Under the pieces are notes generated by a model that saw only the letters and a list, made by a program, of their open reading frames with translations, had not been told where the DNA came from and did no database searches. Positions 9,352 to 17,938 of a stretch of 64,000 nt of DNA are shown here, one piece after another. Every line of letters begins with the position of its first letter. Position 1 is the stretch's first letter. The position numbers and the translations under genes were made by a program. The stretch comes from an uncultured Desulfobacteraceae bacterium (GTDB lineage: Bacteria; Desulfobacterota; Desulfobacteria; Desulfobacterales; JAABSP01). Where the stretch lies: the NCBI GenBank assembly GCA_964431545.1, contig CAYSLC010000003.1:449-64448 (forward strand), written 5' to 3'.

Positions 9352-9525
9352 GATGATCCGGCGGATCGAATCGATCGATCCCGGCGGTCTTCCCCCGGAT
9401 TGGGACGTCGCCGTCCGGTTGACCACCAAATAGCCGCCGACGGGCGTCCTCCGGCCTCCGCTACGGGGAGGTCGCCGTCACCCCTTGAAACGCAACCGGA
9501 ACAGCACCGCGTAGAGCACCGGCAC
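9352..9525. repeat. Right copy of the ~170-bp imperfect direct repeat
   Basis: Carries a copy of the cyclase 3' end (MIRRIESIDPGGLPPDWDVAVRLTTK*) followed by the true RND permease 3' end. Confidence 0.85.
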
Positions 9526-12500
9526 CACCCCCAGGGTCAGGAGGGTGGCGAAGAGGAGCCCGGCGATGATGGCGACGGCCATGGGTTTCCACATGGCGCC
9601 GCCGCCGAAGTAGAGGGGGGCCATGCCGAAGGCGGTGGTGGCGGTGGTGAGCAGGATGGGCCGCATCCGCCGCTGGGCCGCCTCGATGACGGCCTTGGGG
9701 GGATCGAGGTGGTTCTCGGTGATCTCCAGGTGGATCCGCTCCAGGAGCACGATGGCGTTGTTGATGACGATCCCGGAGAGGGAGACGATGCCGAGCAGGG
9801 TCATGAAGCCGAAGTAGAGGCCCGTGGCGAAGAGCCCCAGGACCACGCCGATGAACCCCAGGGGGATGGTGATGAGGATGATGGCGGGCCGGCGAAGGGA
9901 GTTGAACTGGATCACCAGGAGCATGACGATGATGAACCCGGCCACGGGGAGGTTGACCATGATCGACGCATTGGCGTCCCGGGAGGTCTCGGCCTCGCCC
10001 CCCAGTTCGTAGCGGTAGCCCACCCCCCAGCCTTCGCTCTCCTTGTCCAGCCATGGAACCACCTCGGTTGTCACCTGGCTGGCGGTGACGCCGGGATCGA
10101 GATCGGTGTGGACGGTCACCGTCTTGAGCCGGTTCTTCCGGATGATCTTGGGGGGCTGCCATTCAACCTCGATGTCGGCCACCTGGAGCAGGGGCACCGA
10201 TTCCCCGGTGGCCTGGACATGGACATTGAGCCCCCTCAGGTTGGCCACGTCCCGCCGGTCCGCGGCCACCGACCGGAGGACCACCGGGATGATGTCGTCC
10301 CCCTCCCGGTAGTCGGTCACCTCCATGCCGCTCAGGCCCGTCTGGAGGGAGACGGCGATGTCCCGGCTGGTGACCCCGGCCCGCAGGGCCCGGGGCTGAT
10401 CGACCTTCACCACGATCTTCTTGGTGCGCCGCCCCCAGTCGTCGCCGATGTTCCGGGTCCCCGGCGTCTCGGCCAGCTTCCGCTTGACCCGGTCCGCGAT
10501 GTCGAAGACCCGGTCGGTCTCCCGGCCGATGATCCGGATCTCCACCGGGTACTCGATGGGGGGGCCGTTTTCGATCTTCTTGAGGATCAGGTCCACGTCG
10601 GGGAAGTGGCCCGCCACATGGGCCTCCAGCCGGGCCATGGTCCGGTCCATGGCGGCGACGGAGGTGTTGTCCACCACCATGAGGGCGTACTCGGGGCTGC
10701 TCACCTCCGGGGTGTGCTGGAGGACGAATCGCGGCCCGCCCTCCCCGACGTAGGTGACCCAGTGGGTGACCCCGCCCTCCCCTTCGGCGCTTTCCCCCCT
10801 TCCATTCTTCCCCTTTGCCATGAGTTCCCGCTCCATGAATTCCTCGATCTCGATCACCGTCGCCTCGGTCGCCTCGATGGCCGTGCCCATGGGCAGGTGG
10901 ATCTCGGCCTTGAAATAGGTCCGCTCGGAGGGGGGAAAGAAGATCACCGGCAGGTATCGGGTGGAGAAGAGGGTCAACCCGAAGAGGAGGGCCACCAGGG
11001 TCAGGGTGATCCACCGGTGGCGGAGGGCCAGGAGCAGCCCCCGGCGGTAGCCGCGATGGAAGCGGGTGTTGTGGGACTCCTTGCCCGCCGTCGGCTTCGG
11101 CTTCAGGAACTTGACGCAGAGCAATGGGATCATGGTCAGGGCCAGGACCCACGAGGAGAGCAGCGTGATGGCGACCACCTTGAAGAGCGGCGCGGTGTAT
11201 TCCCCGGTGTCCGACTCCGCCAGGTAGATGGGGAGAAACGCCGCCGCCGTGGTGAGGGAGGAGGTGAGCAGGGGCACCACCAGCTCTCCGGCCGAGGAGA
11301 CCGCCGCCTCCACCGCCTTTCTTCCGGAGGCGATCTCCACCATGATCGACTCGCTCATGACGATGGCGTTGTCCACCAGCATCCCCAGGGCGATGATGAG
11401 CGACGCCAGGGACATCTGGTCGAGGCCGATGCCGAGGTAGTACATGATCAGCATCGCCATGAGGATGGTCATGGGGATCAGGGTGGCCACCAGCAGGCCG
11501 GTGCGGATGCCGAGGGTGAGGAGCATCACCGCCATGACCACGGCGATGGCCTGGAGGAGGTTGTTCCGGAACTCCACCACCTTCCGGTCCACCTCCCGGG
11601 GCTGGAAGGTGGTCTTGACAAAGTCGACCCCGTAGGGATAGGCGGTCCGGAGCCGGTCCAGCAGGGCGTTCACGGCGTCGCCCAGGGCCATGAGGTTGCC
11701 CCCCTCCCGCATGGAGACGGCCAGGGCCAGGGCCGGCTCCCCGGAGACCCGCATCTTCGACCGGGGCGGGTCGATGTATCCCCGGCGGATCTCCACCAGA
11801 TCCCCCAGGTAGAGGACCTCGCCGGTGCGGGGGAGACGGATGACGGCCCGCCGCATCTCGTCCACCGACTCGAAGTTTCCCGACGGCTCCACCACGATCC
11901 GCTCGGTGTCGATCTCCACGGCCCCGCCGGGGATGATGATGTTCCGGCTCTCCAGGATCGCCATGAGGTTGGCGGGAGAGAGGTTCAGGTCGGCCAGCCG
12001 GGCGTTCCGGTACTCCATGAAGACCCGCTCCGCCTGGGCCCCCAAAATCTTCACCTTGGCCGCGTTCTCCAGCAGGAGGAGTTCATCCCTGACCTCGTCG
12101 GCCACCGTCTTGAGTTCCGCGTAGGAGAACCCCTCGCCGGTGACGCCGATGATGATGCCGTAGACATCCCCGAACTCGTCGTCCACGAAGGGGCCGACCA
12201 CCCCGTCGGGGAGGTCCGGCACGGCCCGGTCGACCTTGCGCCGGAGGCTGTCCCAGATGGGCCGCATCTCGGTGTACCGTTCCAGGACGTGGGCGAAGAC
12301 GATGGAGACGCCGTTCTTCGACTGGCTCTCCACGTAGTCGAGTTCCGGGATCTCCTGGATCGTCTTCTCCAGCTTGTCGGTGACGAGCCGCTCCACCCGC
12401 TCGGGTCCGGCGCCGGGAAAGTAGGTGATCACCTGGGCGATCCGGACCGTGAATCCGGGGTCGTAGTCCCGGGGAAGGCTGAAATAGGCGTAGAAGCCGC

Positions 12501-12570
12501 CCACCAGGACGATCAGCAGCGCCACGGCGGTGACCCGGTCATTTTCGATGGCCCGGCGGGTGAGATTCAT
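9478..12570 (-). CDS. RND efflux permease (AcrB/AcrD/AcrF family)
   Basis: 1030 aa with ALGMLVDNAIV, GIVINNAIVLL and RPILLTT motifs and a 12-TM/two-periplasmic-loop layout. Confidence 0.95.
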   Translation of the reverse strand: MNLTRRAIENDRVTAVALLIVLVGGFYAYFSLPRDYDPGFTVRIAQVITYFPGAGPERVERLVTDKLEKTIQEIPELDYVESQSKNGVSIVFAHVLERYTEMRPIWDSLRRKVDRAVPDLPDGVVGPFVDDEFGDVYGIIIGVTGEGFSYAELKTVADEVRDELLLLENAAKVKILGAQAERVFMEYRNARLADLNLSPANLMAILESRNIIIPGGAVEIDTERIVVEPSGNFESVDEMRRAVIRLPRTGEVLYLGDLVEIRRGYIDPPRSKMRVSGEPALALAVSMREGGNLMALGDAVNALLDRLRTAYPYGVDFVKTTFQPREVDRKVVEFRNNLLQAIAVVMAVMLLTLGIRTGLLVATLIPMTILMAMLIMYYLGIGLDQMSLASLIIALGMLVDNAIVMSESIMVEIASGRKAVEAAVSSAGELVVPLLTSSLTTAAAFLPIYLAESDTGEYTAPLFKVVAITLLSSWVLALTMIPLLCVKFLKPKPTAGKESHNTRFHRGYRRGLLLALRHRWITLTLVALLFGLTLFSTRYLPVIFFPPSERTYFKAEIHLPMGTAIEATEATVIEIEEFMERELMAKGKNGRGESAEGEGGVTHWVTYVGEGGPRFVLQHTPEVSSPEYALMVVDNTSVAAMDRTMARLEAHVAGHFPDVDLILKKIENGPPIEYPVEIRIIGRETDRVFDIADRVKRKLAETPGTRNIGDDWGRRTKKIVVKVDQPRALRAGVTSRDIAVSLQTGLSGMEVTDYREGDDIIPVVLRSVAADRRDVANLRGLNVHVQATGESVPLLQVADIEVEWQPPKIIRKNRLKTVTVHTDLDPGVTASQVTTEVVPWLDKESEGWGVGYRYELGGEAETSRDANASIMVNLPVAGFIIVMLLVIQFNSLRRPAIILITIPLGFIGVVLGLFATGLYFGFMTLLGIVSLSGIVINNAIVLLERIHLEITENHLDPPKAVIEAAQRRMRPILLTTATTAFGMAPLYFGGGAMWKPMAVAIIAGLLFATLLTLGVVPVLYAVLFRLRFKG

Positions 12571-12577
12571 GGGCCGG

Positions 12578-13756
12578 TCATTTCTCCGTCAGCTTGACCC
12601 GGCGGCCCTCATCCAGGCGGCTGATGCCGGCGGTGACCAGGAGATCCCCGTCGGAGAGCCCCGATTCGATGGCAAGCCCCTCGGGGGTGATCTCCCCCAC
12701 GGTCACCGGCCGCCGATGGACCACCCCGGTCCCGTCCTCCGACGGCGTCACGGTGTAGACGAACCGGCCGTCCCGGTCCTCCCCCACGGCCACGGTGGGC
12801 ACCATGATCCGTTTCTCGGCATCCCCCTGTTCGACGGCGAACCGGACCTCGGCGGCCATGCCCGGCCGGATCTCCGGGCGGGGCTCGGCCAGGGCCACCG
12901 TCACGGGAAAGGTGGTCTCCGCCCCGGTGGCCGACACCCCCACCTCGGTGGTCACCGCGTCGAAGCGCCGGTCCGGGAGGGCGTCGAAGACCACCGTGGC
13001 CGGCTCCCCTTCCCGGAGCCGGGAGATGATCCCCTCTGGCACGGCCACCCGGACCTCGATCCGGTCCCCGCAGGTGACCGTGGCCACGGGTTGACCGGGC
13101 CCCACGTTCTCGTTCTCCTCCACGGCCACCGCCGCCACGGCGCAGTCGTCCCGGGGGACGGCGAGCCGGGTGTAGCCGAGCTGCCTCCGGGCCAGGGCCA
13201 ACTGCTTTCGGATGGACCGGACCGCCGCCTTGGAGGACTCCGCCGCGGCCCGGGCCGCGTCCAGGTCGTTGCGCGAGGCGTTCCGGTTCTCGTAGAGGGC
13301 CCGGACCCGCTCGTAGGCGGCGGCGGCGTTCCGGGCCTCGGCCTCGGCCCGGGCCAGGGACGCCTCGGCCTCCTGGACCCGGAGGGCGAAGTCGGCCGGG
13401 TCGAGCCGGGCGATGAGATCCCCCCGGTCCGCCCGGTCCCCCACCGCCACCAGGACCTCCTCGATGGTCCCGCCCACCTTGAAGCTCAGAACGGACGCCA
13501 CGGCGGCCCGGGCCGTGCCGGCAAAGGCCCGAACCGTCGGCCCGGCCGAACCGGAGACCCTCACATACCGGACCGGGCGCAGGGCCGGCTCCGTCTTGGC
13601 CGGGGGCTCATCTCCGCAGCCGAGGGCGAGGAGGAGGCACAAGATGGCTTTCCATGTCCAGGTGATCGTGTCGTTTTGGAATAATTTCAAAGTGGTCTTC
13701 CGTTGAGATCCTCGATCAATTTCTCCATATTTTTGTTGACAAAGGGCGGCTTCCAA
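12578..13756 (-). CDS. RND periplasmic adaptor (membrane fusion protein); true start probably near 13690
   Basis: Lipoprotein-like LLLALGC, LSFKVGGTI..V.V..GD.V..GD.IARLD, coiled-coil, RPGM. Directly upstream of the permease. Confidence 0.9.
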   Translation of the reverse strand: MEAALCQQKYGEIDRGSQRKTTLKLFQNDTITWTWKAILCLLLALGCGDEPPAKTEPALRPVRYVRVSGSAGPTVRAFAGTARAAVASVLSFKVGGTIEEVLVAVGDRADRGDLIARLDPADFALRVQEAEASLARAEAEARNAAAAYERVRALYENRNASRNDLDAARAAAESSKAAVRSIRKQLALARRQLGYTRLAVPRDDCAVAAVAVEENENVGPGQPVATVTCGDRIEVRVAVPEGIISRLREGEPATVVFDALPDRRFDAVTTEVGVSATGAETTFPVTVALAEPRPEIRPGMAAEVRFAVEQGDAEKRIMVPTVAVGEDRDGRFVYTVTPSEDGTGVVHRRPVTVGEITPEGLAIESGLSDGDLLVTAGISRLDEGRRVKLTEK

Positions 13757-13821
13757 TTTAGCAATCTTGGATAGCGGATTTCAGATGATTTTTCAATGGT
13801 CCGGAGCCCCCGGAGAGTCTC

Positions 13822-15093
13822 ATGATCAAACAGTTCTCGTTTCACAACTGGAAAAGCTTCCAACAGGCCGATCTTCACATCGATCCCCTGACGGTGTTGA
13901 TCGGCGCCAACGCCAGCGGAAAATCCAACGCCATCGACGCCCTGGCATTCCTGCACAGATTGGCTTCGGGCATCAACCTGACCCCCGCTCTCGCCGGAGA
14001 CGCCAACCTTCCCGCCATCCGGGGGGGACTGGAATGGGCGGCGCTGAAACCACGGACATCGGAATTTACCCTGGAGTCCGTCATCTCCGGAACCGCCGAA
14101 CGGACGGATTACCATTATTCGATCACCATTTCCGTCGGAAACGGCCAGTGCCTACTGAAAGCGGAATCGATCAAACGGTTGAAATACCGCCCCACCAAGC
14201 GAAATCAACAGGCCGGAAAACCCTATGAAATCTTCCTATATCGAACCGACCCCTGCGATGGGGAAAGCCCTTCGATCACCGCAAGACTATACAATGAAAA
14301 GATGGGATCTCCAAGGCCGGCCTCCCGAACGAATGCGATCCTGACGCAGCTTGCCGCCCAAAACCTCCGAAGGGAGATCGCGGAAGGCATTGACGAGGTC
14401 AAAAGGGGACTCGGAAACATCTTTATCCTCGATCCCATTCCAGCACACATGCGGGACTACAAACCGTTTTCGGACCGGATGGAGACCGACGCGGCCAACA
14501 TCGCCGGAGTCATCGCCGCCCTGCCCCAAGATCAGAAAGCCAAAATGGAACAAACATTGACGGATTATGTCCGTCACCTTCCGGAGAGAGATATCCGAAA
14601 GGTCTGGGCCGAGCCGGTGGGGAAATTCCAATCGGATGCCATGCTCTATTGCCTGGAGTCATGGAAGGCCGATGATGAATCGACGCTGGTCGACGCGCGA
14701 GGCATGTCGGACGGGACGCTTCGCTTTCTCGCCATCTTGACCGCGCTTCAAACCCGCCCCTCCGGCAGTCTGCTGGTGGTGGAAGAGATCGACAATGGGC
14801 TGCACCCTTCCCGCGCGTTGCTGATCGTTCGGATGCTTCGGGAAATCGGGAAATCCCGGGCCGTCGACGTTCTGGCCACCACTCATAATCCTACCCTGCT
14901 CGACGCGTTGGGGGCCGGGATCGTCCCCTTCGTCACCATCTCCCATCGGGATATCTCCTCCGGCTTCAGCAAACTGACGCTCTTGGAGGATTTGAAACAA
15001 TTGCCGAAACTTCTGGCATACGGACCGGTCGGCAAGCTTGTTTCACGGGGCATGATCGAGGACGCGCTCAAGGCCGAGCCGGACCATGCATAG
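13822..15093 (+). CDS. ABC-type ATPase (AAA_21/AbiEii-like)
   Basis: Walker A GANASGKS, signature MSDGT, Walker B/D-loop VVEEIDNGLHP, H-loop TTHNP. No transmembrane partner. Confidence 0.9.
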   Translation: MIKQFSFHNWKSFQQADLHIDPLTVLIGANASGKSNAIDALAFLHRLASGINLTPALAGDANLPAIRGGLEWAALKPRTSEFTLESVISGTAERTDYHYSITISVGNGQCLLKAESIKRLKYRPTKRNQQAGKPYEIFLYRTDPCDGESPSITARLYNEKMGSPRPASRTNAILTQLAAQNLRREIAEGIDEVKRGLGNIFILDPIPAHMRDYKPFSDRMETDAANIAGVIAALPQDQKAKMEQTLTDYVRHLPERDIRKVWAEPVGKFQSDAMLYCLESWKADDESTLVDARGMSDGTLRFLAILTALQTRPSGSLLVVEEIDNGLHPSRALLIVRMLREIGKSRAVDVLATTHNPTLLDALGAGIVPFVTISHRDISSGFSKLTLLEDLKQLPKLLAYGPVGKLVSRGMIEDALKAEPDHA

Positions 15094-15598
15094 GGTGATG
15101 ATTTTCGATACCTCCGTACTCTGCGTCTGGCTCAGGGTGCCTGGGAAAGAGAGTTGCGGCCCGGCGGATGACCGTTGGGATGAAGCCCGCATCCAATGCC
15201 TGATCGACGAAGAGGAGCGGAAAAAAAGCACCTTCGTCCTCCCCCTGGCGGCCATCATCGAAACCGGCAACCATATCAGTCAGGCACCCCGCCACCGACA
15301 CGAGGCCGCGACTCGATTGGCCGGAATCATCCTCAAGGCGGCCGACGCCGCGTCGCCATGGGCCGCGTTTACGGAGCAGGCCGCCCTGTGGGAACCCGGA
15401 AATCTGAAAGACCTCGCGACATCCTGGCCTCCCCTTGCGGCCCAGGGGCTGTCCATCGGGGATGCGACCATACGGGACGTGGCTGAATACTACGCAAACA
15501 TCGGTGCCCGTGTGATCATATTGACCGGTGACAAAGGATTGAAATCCCATGAGCCGGCGAAACCGATCCCTGAGCCGCGTCGCCGGCGAAGGCAATAG
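15086..15598 (+). CDS. PIN-fold protein coupled to the ABC ATPase
   Basis: FDTSVL, IETGNHI, SIGDATI and LTGDKGL supply the four PIN acidic positions. Overlaps the ATPase gene by 8 bp. Confidence 0.75.
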   Translation: MHRVMIFDTSVLCVWLRVPGKESCGPADDRWDEARIQCLIDEEERKKSTFVLPLAAIIETGNHISQAPRHRHEAATRLAGIILKAADAASPWAAFTEQAALWEPGNLKDLATSWPPLAAQGLSIGDATIRDVAEYYANIGARVIILTGDKGLKSHEPAKPIPEPRRRRRQ

Positions 15599-15672
15599 TT
15601 CAATTCCGCCGATCTCCCGCCCCTCAAGCGAATAAGCTTCGGATTACATCGATAAAAAACACTTTCCATCTG

Positions 15673-17118
15673 CTACCACTCCCCCGAAGCCTCGATCCAC
15701 TCGGCGAGGGTCGGCGGATCGGGGAGGCAGGCCGAGACCGGCTTCCACTGGCACTGGGCATTGAGTTCCACGCCCTCCTGGATCAGGGAGACGGGCCGGT
15801 CCGCCGAGACGACCACCACAACGATGCCCCGGTGCTCGGCGGTGAAGCGGAGGGCGGAGTTGAACCGCGCCCCCCGGGCCCGGTCCTCCCCCCGGATCGA
15901 CCGGCCGTCCAGGAGGCAGGCGAAGCCGTGGAGCTTCAAGTCCGCGCCGATGTGGAGGGCGCCGTCCATCTTGGAGAGAGAGCGGGTGAGGGCCATGTAC
16001 CGGGGCTCCCGGAGATCGAGGGGCGCCTCCAGGGATTGGCCGGAAATCCCGATGGGCGGGTCGTTCAGGTCGATGACCAGGGTGCAGCCGTGCTTCATCT
16101 CCTCGGCGCTGTGGACGAGTTTGAGGACAATCTGGAAGAGGCCGTGCTGCCGGTCGGAAGGGATCCCCGACTCCAGGAGGAGTTCCTCCAACTCCACCAG
16201 CTTCGCCTTGCGGGTGGAGGAGTGGAACCGCCCGTCAAAGAAGGAGCAGACGCGGTTTCCGTTGGCGCTCAGAAATCCGTGGGCGCCCCGGAAATGGGCG
16301 GTGATCCGCCCCCTGGGCATCTTCCCGGCGGCGATGCCCACGATGCACCGGCCGTCGGAGACGAGACTGCACCCGGGCCGTTCCACCGCCGTCAACAGCT
16401 TCCGGACGTGCTTGAAGTTGTCGAGGTTGGGCCGCTCCTCCGGGGGAAACCGGGTGAGGAAGGTCAGCTCCGTCAGGGCGGCCGGCGGGACGAAGACCAG
16501 GGCGCCCAGGGGCCACTCCCCCTCCTCCAGGGTTTTGGAGATCCTGAGCACGGCGTCGAGGATGGGGTAGTTGCGCATGTGGACGTCCATGCCGAGGATC
16601 CGGTTCATCTCGTCGACGATGTGGTCCCGGACGGCGTGGGTGGCGTATTCCTGGAGGACATACCCGGAGGTGCCCAGATAGCAGGAGTTTTCAGAGGTCA
16701 TGTCGTGAGCCAGGAGCCACGCCGCGTGCTCCAGCCACCGTTCGGTGGGACCGGTGGCGCACATATCCGGATGGTGCTCGGTGAACCAGATCTGGTAGAA
16801 GACCGCATCGGACCACCCCCCGAAGGAGATCAACCCCGCCAGACCCAGGTTCTTCTCGGGATAGGGGTGACCGTACCGGCTCATGTCCGATGGGGGCGGC
16901 GCCTGGGTCCGCCACCGGTCGGATTCGATGTAGAGTTCCTTGAGCTTGGGTTCGTGCCCCCGCAGCAGGTTCTGGGGGTCATGGATCCGCATGGGTCCTT
17001 CCGGGTTCACCGCATAGATCACCGCGGCCCGGCTGGGGCCGGAAAAGTGAGACAGTCCGTCCCGGAGCCCTTCATAGATGTGGAAGGCGCACAGCTTGCG
17101 GATCAATGGGTCGACCAC
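15673..17118 (-). CDS. DisA_N/DAC-domain protein with long N-terminal sensor-like region (deltaproteobacterial type)
   Basis: C-terminal HGCTLVID...KMDGALHIG..L.GFACLLDG...RGARFNSA. GTG start. Confidence 0.85.
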   Translation of the reverse strand: MVDPLIRKLCAFHIYEGLRDGLSHFSGPSRAAVIYAVNPEGPMRIHDPQNLLRGHEPKLKELYIESDRWRTQAPPPSDMSRYGHPYPEKNLGLAGLISFGGWSDAVFYQIWFTEHHPDMCATGPTERWLEHAAWLLAHDMTSENSCYLGTSGYVLQEYATHAVRDHIVDEMNRILGMDVHMRNYPILDAVLRISKTLEEGEWPLGALVFVPPAALTELTFLTRFPPEERPNLDNFKHVRKLLTAVERPGCSLVSDGRCIVGIAAGKMPRGRITAHFRGAHGFLSANGNRVCSFFDGRFHSSTRKAKLVELEELLLESGIPSDRQHGLFQIVLKLVHSAEEMKHGCTLVIDLNDPPIGISGQSLEAPLDLREPRYMALTRSLSKMDGALHIGADLKLHGFACLLDGRSIRGEDRARGARFNSALRFTAEHRGIVVVVVSADRPVSLIQEGVELNAQCQWKPVSACLPDPPTLAEWIEASGEW

Positions 17119-17298
17119 GGGAATCCTCCGGAATTATGGTAACGGGTCAAGGGCGGGTCGCGACGGTCTTCATACCACAGGAAGGGAAGGGTTTCAAATC
17201 GTATGACGCGGGCGGATCATTTCACTTCCGCATGGCTGTTGGGGATGGCGCGGTGGCCGGTAAGGTTCCGGGGGGCGCCGGTCAGGCTACAATGCCTT

Positions 17299-17830
<532 letters not shown>

Positions 17831-17938
17831 CTAGATTCATTACAGATCGCCGTTGGAAAAATCAAGACCGAATCAGTCCGGCAATCATAATCCATAGGCC
17901 GGTCATACTGAAATGGAAAGAGGAAAGAGTAGATCACC

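Noticed and set aside
9400-12597. 1065-aa plus-strand ORF, and similar giant ORFs at 23750..26509(+), 43588..47121(+), 61201..63795(-), 17934..19910(-)
   Set aside because: These are antisense or alternate-frame shadows of real GC-rich genes, with low-complexity G/R/P/H/V composition and no motifs.
9478-13756. RND pair lacking an outer-membrane factor as a novelty
   Set aside because: Two-gene RND operons that borrow a TolC-like channel encoded elsewhere are common.
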